A stretch of DNA of 64,000 bases from Paragordius varius. Taxonomy: Eukaryota; Animalia; Nematomorpha. The position numbers and the translations under genes are program-made. Of this stretch, positions 1-12,402 are shown piece after piece. The number at the start of each line of letters is the position of its first letter. Within the stretch, counting starts at the first letter, position 1. The stretch is taken from assembly GCA_964247055.1 (NCBI GenBank), contig OZ176052.1, forward strand, positions 11,470,001 to 11,534,000, given 5' to 3'. The notes under the pieces are model-generated. The model saw only the letters and a program-made list of their open reading frames with translations. It had not been told where the DNA came from and ran no database searches.

Positions 1-3000
1 ATTTAGTTCTTCGAGGATTCCCAAAGATCCCAAAGATCCCAAAAATCAAAAACAACAACTGAATACAGATTCTTCAACAGCTGTTTTGCATCACAGTGGG
101 GGCGCAAAATTTGCTTACCTTGCCGCTCAGCTGGAACAAGCCCTTTACCTCGTGGTACAAACTGAAATGCTCCCTCGAAACTCTCAAATTGACGTTTTTA
201 TCGAGGTTATTTTTCGTAATTTATTGAATGTTAAAATAAATAAATGTAAACTAATCATAATTGTTTTAATTTTTAACACAAAACTGAATTGATTAAAATA
301 TGAAACCAAACTTATTTATTTTTACGGAGACAAAAAGTTTTAAAACTTGAAAATTATAGTAGATTTTTTACCAAAATTTTCGTTTTATACATATTAAGGG
401 TAAGTATAAAATATTGGTCTTACTTTCATAGATGGTTTTATTTGGATACAAATGTTTTTTTGTTACAATTTTGTTATAGAATTATGTTAGAATTGAATTT
501 TTAAATTTTAACTTTAGATTCCAGTTATTATTTCCATTATATATAATACGAAAAATTTATAAAGACACATTAAAATGATGAATTTTTATGTGTTGATTTT
601 CAATTTTTTGAATTTAACAAATTTTCAACTTAAGTTTTTACACGCAGAAGCTTTTGGTTTCGTTTAAAATTTATATTTTTTTATTCTATTCCCATGATTT
701 AGTTAACTTCTTTATGGACTATATTATAGATTTTATGGTATTTGTTAAAACTTTTAAATTAACAATTCCACGATTTATGTCGAATGTTCTAACACGCAGT
801 AGTCTAAAAAAATGACGATTCAAAAAAGTTCTTTTCATGGATTCTAATTCTATAAGGCTTACCGTGATTTTGCTTGACTATGTTTGGTGCATTTCATAAT
901 TGTAAAATATCCATTTTTCATTTTGAAGGATTTTATCTATTTAATGGAAAAAGCTTTAAAGATACTATTATGGCCACGTAGTTCAATAGATAAGATGTTA
1001 GCTTACACACTATTTAAGGGCCTAGCTATGATTAGTTCATTTATTAATAAAACATTCATTAGTGAATATAAATTGGCATAAACGTTTATTAAACATTTAC
1101 AAAGCTAAAATTTATATTATTATCATAAAGTTTTCACATATTTTACAAGTATTATTTTTAGATTCTGCAGTTGGATGGAGGCCTCATGTGTGCATGCGCA
1201 AACGGGGCCTCGTTGGCCCTTTTAGATGCGGGAATTCCCATGGCCGCCATTTTATCGTCTGCAAATATTGGAATACATTTTCAGACGCCTCAATATACAA
1301 ATTATTTTATGGAGGAAAATATTGTAAATGATGATGATACTAATAATTATATGAGCGATAATGATAACAATGATAAAAATAATTTAAATGAATCCAACTT
1401 AAAACTAAATAATCATAATATATATCCAAATGAAGATAATCCAAATTTAAATACTAACAAAACTCTTATCCCCAAAAATGAAAAAATTAATGTTGGCACT
1501 AACAATGAGGCAAAAAATAAAATTAGCACAACTAACATTAATAATGTTAAAAAGTTAATCATTGATAATGAAAAAGGTAAAATTTCAATGGGGGAAAAGG
1601 AGATGGATTTATATTCCTTGGGTACTTTGGAAAAAACATCTGATGATGACGATAAATCTTTTGACGAGGAATCTGGTAATGCATTAATTTGTATACAAAT
1701 GTGTGAATCTTATTAATCGGTAAAATTTGTATAATAGCATTTTTTTTCAAATTGTTAATTTAACTTATATATAATTATTTTAATGTGACTTTTTATGAGT
1801 AACCATTTTATTTCTTATTTTATAATTATTTCGATTAATTTTTTAATCTTGCTGTAAAATTAATAGTTTAATTTCCATTCAATGACTTGACTATTATATC
1901 CCATATTCTATGATTTATATTTATCGTTTTTGTTCAACCTAATTTGTAACAGATGATGAAAACTTTTCCGAATTCGGTAACACCCGATTCCCAGCTGCTA
2001 AGACCAGGGGATCCCTTAAACTCCTGGTTGATCTCAATGGGTTAGAGGACACGGCCACCATGGCCCGCATGGGTCAAACTAAAACAGGTCTAGCCACTTA
2101 TTCCACCATGCCTATCGTAACTGTCCTCGTACGTATCCAACAGAAACCTGGGTTTATAGCACTAAAAATGCTTATACATACTATCTTTTGAAAAGTTTTT
2201 ACAGCTTTTGTTGGCATAAAGTTGTGAATACTTTTTAAAATTTGTAGTATTTTCTGACAATCCTCAATTACCCCAAAGCTTTATGCATGTTTTACCAGGC
2301 CTATTGTAACTGTTCTCGTGCGAATACAATTGAAATAGGGTTTATAGCTAAAAAAACCTGTTTTAAAACGTTTTTTAGCTTTGTTGTCATTAAGTTTTAA
2401 AAGTAGTATGTCTAGGGCTGTTAATGTGCACAAACCTTTCCATATCGTGTTTGTTCTTGTTTGAAACCAACAGAAACTTGGGTTAATAACCTAAATTTTT
2501 TAGTATGCATAAAGTTTTGTTACCTTATTTTTTGTCCTTTTTTAACATATATATGAAAACTTTCTATGGCTATTGTACTATCTATTTTATTACAATAGAA
2601 TCAATTATTATGTTGAAAAGTTTTAAGAATTTTGCTTTAGTAATTTTTGGAAGACTTAACAATTATTGGTACCTTGTTATAACTTTTTAGAAGTATTTTT
2701 TTGGGTTGTAGAGATTACTATTCCATTTTTTCCATTATCACTTTCACAACTAATTTTTATAATTAGCAGGATTTAGAAGTATTCGAAAATTTGATTTTAT
2801 TAATGGCGTCAAGTTGTTTTAAAACTGACCCTCTTTACATGAGAAAGTGTTTTGAGTTTTCATAAGGATCTATATATAATGCAGGCAAGATTTGTTTTCA
2901 AAGAAAGAATTTATTATAAAACTTTAGATAAAAATTATTTCATGGCGTTTTATCATTTTAGTTATATGATAAATCGTATTTTATTTTTCAACATATTAGA

Positions 3001-3294
3001 TCCAAAAATGCACCTCAATCAGGTGATTCCGCATTTACAAAATCATCATTATCTGTTTCCAGCCCTTTAATGAATGAATTATCTTCAGCTGATAATGTTG
3101 ATAATTATTCAGAATTGGTATGCGATGTCATAAACATGGACATTCACAATCGACTTCCATATGATATGATTGATGTGGCCCTAGATGGTGCTTTAAATGT
3201 CGCTAAACGTGTTTATGTTATGCTCGTAACACTAGTCAAAGAATCATATGTTGGCCAAAAGTGTCCACAAAAAATTTGCGCTCCTAACATATGA
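1..3294 (+). CDS. EXOSC4: Exosome complex component RRP41 (RNase PH fold), 5'-partial. Exons <1-205, 1162-1675, 1953-2151, 3000-3294
   Basis: The spliced translation gives ...QLEQALYLVVQTEMLPRNSQIDVFIE|ILQLDGGLMCACANGASLALLDAGIPM...LLVDLNGLED...MDIHNRLPYDMIDVALDGALNVAKRVYVML. These match the RRP41 motifs PRSQIDIYVQVLQADGG...NAATLAVLDAGIPM, LVDL and EMDARL. All introns are GT-AG with consistent phases (0,1,2). Confidence 0.88.
2111..2490 (+). repeat. Degenerate tandem triplication of the EXOSC4 exon-3 end plus donor site
   Basis: The three units are cctatcgtaactgtcctcgtacgtatccaacagaaacctgggtttatagc (2111), cctattgtaactgttctcgtgcgaatacaattgaaatagggtttatagc (2300) and catatcgtgtttgttcttgtttgaaaccaacagaaacttgggttaataac (~2441). 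Confidence 0.75.
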
Positions 3295-3513
3295 TTTTAT
3301 AGATTGGGCAAATTTTTTACAATTACGAATAGTGTAGCTGCTCTGAGTGCAAATAATTTGTTTTGCGCTAAATGATTGTGATTATATGAAATAAATATAA
3401 ATACAATTATTATGAATTTGTTCAATTGCTGCTTTCTTAGATGAAATTTTAACAATGATTTTTTTCAGCCATTTATCTTTATTAAAAAAATATTTTTTTA
3501 GGCAACTTCATAA

Positions 3514-5217
3514 TATACCATTCGCACTTCAAGAGTGTCTCTAACCACTTTAGGTTGATCCTTAAACTTTTTTATTTTTTGCAATAATGTTTGCATGTAT
3601 TTATTATTTAACCAAATTTCTTTATTTATTATATATTTTTTCATTTAAAATTTACATTTTTATTCTAAAAAACATTTTTGTTTCGAACTAATTTTATTCC
3701 AACTTAATAAAATATAAATTTGTTAAGTTTTTTTACCAAATGTTGCAATTAATAATCCAGGAATAATTTTAAACCTTCTTTAACAACTTTTCTTAAATGA
3801 AAAAAAGTAGATATTTAAAATTTAAAGTTAACTAAAGATAACAGGTTATGGGAAGATGTATGATACAAATTTAAATCAGGGGCCCAACATATACAGCTTT
3901 CTGAGACTTTATGGTCCGCCTTCGAAAAATTTGGTAGTCCATTATTTGCAAACCGTGCCCACAGAATCTTAGCGAAAGAGATATTTCTTTAAGAAATTTT
4001 GAGAATAAATCTATCGAAATGGCAACGAATTTAAAAAATATTGTTGGCCTGCATTTAACAGTTTTATATTGTAAAAAATAGATAAAAGATATATGGCGGA
4101 CCAAATATATTGTAAAAGCGTTCCTGTTTTTTGAGTCGAAATGCGGCTTGCGAAGCAATTTGTGTTGTCCACCAGCCAAATAAAAATGTTTAACGACCAA
4201 CTTTACATGTTTTAGGATTAATTTGAAATGACGAAGGACCGCAATGTTCAAGTAACTTGAAGTGTTTTAAAGCACGTGGGAATGGTATAATATAGACTGA
4301 TGATGTAATTACTTTACACAAAATATATTAATCGTTGTGTTTTACTTTTTTAATACAATTAGATAAAGACATGCATTTAATTGCAAACATTATTACTATG
4401 TGCAAAACATTTTGTGAATTAATAATAGGATGTGATGCTTCGCTCCGACCAAGTCCATACGATAATTATTAATTAGTATAATATTGTTGAAATAAACGAA
4501 ACTTTAAAATTAAAAATGTCTTTGAGTTTCAAAAGTCCATAATGCACAACACCGCTCTGGTCCCACAGACACAGAGCAGGTCTTAATTAAAACCAATATC
4601 CCTAATTTATAGCACAACGTTCATTCGTCTATATTAATTTTGGTTTATATTGTATATTAAAACAATTTGCTGTTATCTTTTTTCAAGAATATCTTGTGTT
4701 GTGTTCTGTAATCACAGAGATCGGAACACTTGAAATGAATTGAAAATTAAGTTTTGGCCTTTTTGGATTTGCTTCTGGTACTAGAAAAATTATTAGTGAC
4801 TTTATATCTCATGCGTCTTCCTAAAAATGACTTTAAAAAAATATTTACGTTTTCGAAAACGCCAAATTTGCGCAGATGAAGACAGGAGCTGATAAAAGAA
4901 ATGTTATAAATTTGAACGGGCCTTTTCCCATAAAATTTCTTCAAAAACAAAACTCTTATTTTTACAGGTGATGAAGGGAACACAGCAGCAAATATAAAAA
5001 GTGCTTCAATGTGTAATAAGTAAGTATATTTACGTAGGGATAAAAATCTATACTATGTGCTTAAAATTTCTAGAAATTGCAACAAAAACCAACTTGAATT
5101 ATTCAAGGACCAACTTTAAGTGTTTAAGGACCAACTTAAATTGTTCAAGGACCAACTTTCAATGTTCAAGCACCAACTTGAAGTGTTCAAGGATACTCTT
5201 GAAGTGCAAATGGTATA
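3514..5217. mobile_element. TIR DNA element of unassigned superfamily, TA-flanked, with a 21-bp subterminal tandem array
   Basis: The left end TATACCATTCGCACTTCAAGAGTGTC (3514) is the near-perfect reverse complement of GATACTCTTGAAGTGCAAATGGTATA (ending 5217). About six 21-bp units (aaggaccaacttgaagtgttc-like) lie at ~5087-5200. Confidence 0.7.
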
Positions 5218-5290
5218 TAACCTCAAAAAATGATAATACTACGTTCTTACCATTATATTCATATGTTAACGGATCAAAAATGCATATGAT

Positions 5291-5585
5291 CAGTGGTTTT
5301 TAACAGGGGGCAACGCCTCCCAAGGGGAAAGTAGAAAATAATGAGGGTGGGCTCGAAAAATTTAATTAAAAAATAAAACCAGAAACAAATTGAAGGATTT
5401 CAGGTGCGAATTATCAAGATTTGTCACCGGTATGAATTTCAAAAATTGCAAATACTAGGATTTCATTGATTGGAATTTTTATATTATAATAAATTTACAT
5501 TTTTCTTGGATTTTTTGGGAGGGGGGCGCAAGAATTATTTTTAGTTTGGTGGGGCGTGAACAAAAAAAGGTTGGGAACAACACTG
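5291..5585. mobile_element. hAT (Charlie-like) MITE
   Basis: Termini are CAGTGGTTTTTAAC ... GTTGGGAACAACACTG. The TSD is not preserved. Confidence 0.55.
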
Positions 5586-6543
5586 TAGATGCTAATATGA
5601 ATACCGAGTCAAAATTTATTATTAGATGTTTTTTTTGGGAGTTCTTACAAACAAAACATAAATTAAAATTTCAAATATTTTTGCAAAAAATGAATCAAAA
5701 TAATATAATGATTGTGATTGGAAAAAGTATATTAATATAATATAATACTAAATCTATGATACAAATTGATTGGGGAATTTATAAATATATTAAAAATAAT
5801 ATAAATTTAAATTAATACTTTTAGAACTCTTTTTTATTTATTTTTCAACATTTTTTTGGGGTATTTTATAACTTTTTTCTTTTTTTTTCATATTTTAAAA
5901 GATTTTTTTATTTTTTTTCAACTATTTTCGTAAGTTTTTTATTTTTTTTTGCGGATATATTAATTTAATTTAAACTATATATATTTTTTGTGTGACAAAA
6001 TTATATGATTGAACCATATTATGGCAATATAAATTATATATTTTCAAATCTAATAAAAAATAAATAAAATAGTTTCTGAGTTACATTTGGTTTAACTAAA
6101 ATAATCATCAATAATAATGATATATATATATATATTATGTTTTGTAGTATTTCCAATGATATTAATTATGCTATCTCGAAATGTGTATAGTAATTGATTT
6201 AATAAACATGATAATTATCATAGCAGTTTATCATTAAGGAAAGGATATTTTGGATAAGACAAGTTTTTTTAAAAGTAACACGTAATCATTTTTATACAGT
6301 TTAAAATAAAAGTGAATCGTATTTTCGCTTCGAAATATTAATTTCCTATGATTTAACTTTATATATCTAAGCTATATGTTAAAATTTTAAAGTTTTTAGA
6401 ATAAATTGGGGCCTATAAAAAAAGTAATGAAAGGCATTTTCGCCAATAAGAATATTCTTCCATAATATTTTAACAAAGAATAAAAAATAATTTAAACCTT
6501 AAATAAATGAAACAGATATGATGATTGATGGGAAAAAACTTAT

Positions 6544-9500
6544 TTATGCATAAAGTTCATTGAAAGATGATGTGAGACATCTTTTAAGATCACTGTATGT
6601 CACAATAATCACGTTCCTATTGTCACGTGAGGAGAGCATAACACGCTTTTGGGATCCACAATCCAACTAAACAAAGTTTTAGTAATAAAATGATTAATTT
6701 TTATGTAATATAGAGCATATAATTTATGTATTAAAACAATATAATTATATCTTTAATCTCATTTTTACAATAATATAGTTTTTTGATTTATCAACTTATT
6801 ACAAAAAAAAACATAATTTAACTAAACATTAAACGAATCAATAACCTTTTAGTAATTAAATAATGTTTCATAATTTAAAGTTAATTTAAAATTACCATAT
6901 TGAGTTGATGTACAATATGTGAGATATCCAAAAATGGAATATTTTGGCCTTGATTCTGATTATTTTTATTATAGCTGACATCAGCTGTTTTGGGGATATT
7001 CGTTTCAGGCTCATGTGGGCGGTTGACTGTTTGGTTTAACAGATGATTTGTCGTATTGTTCAAAATATTATGATTATCTGAGCCTACGTTTTATAAAACA
7101 ATATAAATACAACTTTCTCTCTTCATTGTATCATTACTCATAATTATTTCTATAAATCAACTCATAATATTCATAAAAATATATTATTTTTGTTATAAAA
7201 TTTATTATTTTTCTATTGCAATGCATATTGTAGTTTCTTGTAAATAATCAAAAAAAATGGCTAACAATGTTCAAGGGTGGTTATTAATTATGAAATAGTG
7301 TTATAAAATGACTTTTAAAACTTAAAAGATTAGGTATAGTAATGATCAAAAAAAACATCCATTTTCAAAAAATTAAAAAATTCTATTATCAACATAATTA
7401 ATTTGATTTTCAAAAACATTTGATTTAGCTAATTAAGAAGAAAATATTCAACATGATTCAAAATGATTTTGAAAGCATCAAAATCACAAATCAATGGTTT
7501 TATAAAATAATTTTTACTTAAATTTCCCATATATAATGTTTTAAATAGTGAGATAGGCTCTTAAATATCTATTCAATTTTTAAAAACATTACCCAAAAAA
7601 TCAGGTGATCTGGAAGTTGATATAGGGCAAATTTTTTCAGCCAAAACTTTTTTTGATAGAATTTTGGTATGGAAGACGAAATCTCGAAATAACTTGAGCA
7701 AATAACGATCACCTGTTTCAGACCAGCTGACATCTAGTTCATGTCTAACAGAAAAGGTGTGTGGAAAACATTAATACTTTGATAAGCCAAATGGGGAGTA
7801 AAAAAATAAATGCTTATAATTTATATAGCTTTTGATAACTTAGAGCATAAGAATATTAAGTATTAAGAAAAATGCGAAAATACTAAAAAAAATTTAAATT
7901 TTTCTGCTCTTAGTCAAAATGATTGCATTTTTCATCGTACATTTGGTCAAATAAATACAAAAGAAAACGCCATAACTAAATTTATTTTCTATATATCACT
8001 TTTTACAAAGGTTCATGAAAGATACACAATAAATAAAGCTAATAAATATTTAATTAATATTAAGATTAATTAAATACACCGTTAATTTTTCTTTGATAAA
8101 CACAAGATTTTTAAAAATTAGAATATATTACTCGGGTCTTTCTAAAATGGTGTTTAGTTTGCATAGCAATCGAAAAAGGCGCCCGTTCTCCAATTCCTAA
8201 AAATAAAAGTCGAATTGATTTAAAAATTAAAATATAATATAAATATTTTTTAAGGCTCATAAATCATATAAATGAACAAAATAAAAATAACCAAAGTCAG
8301 CTGATTTTTGATATATGCGCTCCTGGTTTCCTCTTTTTCCAGTTGTTCATAAAAACGGGAACCAATGAACGGCATTATATCATTCAATGAACAGCTGTTT
8401 TTGCAGATATAATTATTTGACAAATATTTTTTAATGAAAAATGTTTATAATTAAATAATATATCTAAATTAAAACTAATTAAAATAAAAATTATCCCAAT
8501 ATCTCAAAAAATGAAAACAATAATATAATTATAATTTAACACTTGTTTTATACCTTTTCTGGTTTGGTTGTGTCTCATTATTTAATGGGCCAATTAAATG
8601 TCTAAAAAGAAATAAAATTAATTATAAACACTCAATACTTAAAAAATATATTCAAATACTAATTGTAATAAAAATATTTTTGAAAAATTAACAATAAAAA
8701 TTACCAATAAAATTTTAATATTTTTATCCATTTATAAATAGTAAAAATTAAAGATTTAAGTAAATAAAATAAAATGTAAAAATATAATTAAACAAAATAA
8801 AAAATAACTATAAACAGAATTAAATTCTTCAAATCTTGACTAAAGAGTTTGGACATTAGGGCTTTTTTCAATTCATCCACAAGGTTACAACCCGGATTAT
8901 CAGCTGTTAATATAATTTTGTTAAAAAATAAAATTACTAAATAAAGTAATATACAATAGAGGTTTTATCAATCAGATATATTAAAAGAACTAATAAACAT
9001 ATAAATTTATTGTTGCTTCTTCATTAAAATTTATCTTATAACGTCTATTTTTTTATAATGGATGCATAACCAGCTGTTTTCTTTATAAAAAAATTTGTTA
9101 AAATATATTTAATCATAAATTATTTATTAATATGAAAATATAGGTTAAAAATAATAGTCTTATGTACTGTTCCCTAATTTAAATAAAAAAATTAGTTTTC
9201 TTAAAAAACAAAATATAATTTTTATTAATAAGTTGCTTTTACTATGAATTCTGTATTTATCAACTGATGAGCGGAGTGAATGAATGGAAATAATGTGATT
9301 CATCAGCTGGAGGATTAGGAGTCCAAATGCTCGCAAGTCTTCACTCTTATAAAAATATAAATATTTAATATATTTTTGAAAAAATAGTTTAAAAATTGTA
9401 TTTTTTAAAAATAATAAATAAATTGTAAAAATTTAAAATTATTGAAGAAGACATTGTCGGGTAAAACTGAATATTAAATTAAATTCAAACTAAGCATTAA

Positions 9501-12365
9501 AAAAATATAATTTTTAAACTTAACACATAGAAACAGCTGACAAAAATAAATTAAACCATCAGATTTGAATGTGCTAACTAATTAAATTTAAAGCCTTAAT
9601 CTCTAATATAAATAAATTATTATTCGCGAAAAAAACAGTATTTAGATACTTGTTTTAAAGCGCTCCTATTCTTAGACGCCACCACCTGATCTTCATCGAA
9701 TTGAGTGCTTAGACATTCATACAATCCCAAATAATTTAATTTTATTCTATATGTTATTAAAATTAATTTTATGATATATTTTTTAATGATAAGTATAATA
9801 ATTTAGGAAAATTAACTCTTTTAATAATAATAATAATGATAAATTATTTAAATAATTAGGGTATTTAAAGAAATAGATACCCAAAAAATTAATTATGATG
9901 TATTTGAAAAATAAAAAAAGTTGTTTGATTAACTTATTGGAATTAATCCAAATATTTAAACATAAAAAATTGTTATTTCAAAATAATTAAAAGCTTTTAA
10001 ACGGAGAATAAAAATAAAAAGTATTTTATAAATATTTTTGTAAATAAACTTTTTGTCGAAAACATCAAACAAAACTGTGTGAGCATTTAAACAAATAGTT
10101 CCTCCAACAAAAAACAGCTGATCTCGTTGATATACACCATCTCCGGAATATAATTTTCGCAAAAGGCCACTTAGTTGAATAACCAGGGACCATATAAAAT
10201 TTTCGTTTATTTCTTAAAAATGAATATTTAAAAATTCTCAATATAAAAATAGTAATTAACCTATAAAATTAAGATTAATTTTTACAAAATTATTTTGAAT
10301 AATATCCATAAATAAAAAATAATATAGTAAATATAATTATTTTAAAATGTTTTAATATTAAAATTTTGAGTTTAAACCCATAATAATTTAATAAATTAAT
10401 AACCAAAATTTTGGTGGAAATCAGGTGATTTTTTGCCAGCAAATTCGCATTCCTTTATTTCTTTTTGCATTAATTCGTTGAGGGTAACGTATGATGGCTC
10501 ATATCCATAAATAAATATTAGGGCTAAAAATAATTGGTTAAAAGTATTTAATATTGTAATGAATACTATAAATATTATAATAAAATAATTTAGTTATCAT
10601 AATAATTTACGAATTCGTTCAAATATATATTTTAATTAATTATTTTATAAAAAAAATTACTACATACATGGAAGGGCACTCCCAGAGAAAGATTTTGTAG
10701 AAAAAACTTCAAAAAGTCTCACGGCTGACCCATTATCAAATGATTTCCATTTAGCTATCGATTTTTTTATCCGCATGTTTTTGATAGAAAAATCTAAAAT
10801 ATATGTGTATATACTTTTAACAGTCCATTACCTTTCGGGGTAGTTTTATACCCCAGAGAGATTTGAAATTGTATTACGCCAAATTTAAAAATATATGCTT
10901 TCTTAAGAGTTTTAGGCACATATACAAATTTTTTTAAGTTTTTAATAAAAAAAAATATAATTTTTAATAAGTATATATAAAATTGAGGTCTTAAAATAAA
11001 AAATATAATTGTTTATATTTAATTAAAATACTTGGAATACGAACCATACAAAACGTTTCGGAATTTAAATTATTTTTTGCGGAAAACAACTGTTTTTGGG
11101 CGAAAGAGAGGACGCTTTTCGGAATTTGATTAAAATTTCCTAATCTGGCTCTTTCTGAAAAAAATAAATTAAAATTTGAAAAATTTAAATTTTCAATGAT
11201 ATCTGAAAAATCAAAAAATTATATAGCTAATTGTAAAAACAAATTTAGATGGAATAGCTACTTTAATTTAGTTCAAATATAAAAAATCAAGAAAATTTAA
11301 AAACAATAATATATACGGATTTAAAAATGAAAAATTGCTAAAAATATAAAAGATAAGTATGAACAAAATTACATTTTTGACGTGTAACTTTGAAAAATAA
11401 TTACAATAATAAAAATTATACGAAAAAAATGCAAAAATATAAAACAAATATTTTTTTTCCAAAAGACAACCATAATTTTTTAAAACTTAATATTTCCCTA
11501 TATAAAGTATTTAATTAAAATATTAAAATATATTAATTGTGTTATCAATAGGGTTGTGCATTTATGCTTTTTTAAAAAAGTCCAGTCAGACCCAATCAGA
11601 CCATGGTCATGACCACTTTTTACTTGTATAAATATTGGATTGTGAAAATAATGTTCGGATGAGACTTGCGTTTCACTAATTATTTCATGCTTTTTCTTAA
11701 AAACTTGTATTATACTTTTTTGTTACTTATTATTTACAAATATTTTGAATCAAATTTAATCAAGAATTTTGTTTTCAAAATTTTGCCGCATGTTTAAAGC
11801 CTTCTGAATCTTCAAATACATAGCTTTTAACACTAGATATATCAAATAAAATTTTACCTAGTTTGTTTTATAACTTTCTTTCAACAGTAAAATATCAAAA
11901 TATAAAATATTTTTTCATTTTATTGGTTCAAATATATGGAATAATTGCATATTTTGCAAGGTTGTTTGTTTTTCAAAATAACTGGATATGCTTAAATGCT
12001 AATGTAATAAGGATGCATGTTTAACAATTTTATATTGTGAAATAAGCATTAAATATTTAATTTTATATTATTTAAAAAATATATTAAAAAAATAAATATA
12101 ATACTATCTTTCTTCCAAATAAAATTTATCGGCAATTCTTCAAAAAAAACAGCTGTTTTTTAAATGACATGGTCAAAAAATATGGTCACTTGACCTGGTC
12201 AGCACAACCCTAGTTATCAATATACAACTCTATTCTATATTTGCTTCAAACAATGAGTATTAAATAAATCAAGATTTAAAAAATAATATAAAAAATATTT
12301 GTCTATATAATATTACGTTTTGTCCGTATAATTTCAATAATGTAAAGTTTTAAAAGTTAAAAGCG

Positions 12366-12402
<37 letters not shown>

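Noticed and set aside
5001-5303. ORF with 7-aa repeats (TNLKCSR) and a CRISPR-like periodic array
   Set aside because: The units are contiguous 21-bp tandem repeats with no unique spacers, and they form the subterminal array of a TIR element in a eukaryotic genome.
6624-6629. CACGTG in the last PAN3 exon as part of the E-box cluster
   Set aside because: It is a single occurrence of a different E-box class and is explained by the conserved SRD codons.
9500-9580. Possible PAN3 exon ([15 protein letters not shown])
   Set aside because: The 9345-9243 exon ([14 protein letters not shown]) matches the expected motif better and joins in phase directly, so this stretch is treated as intron.
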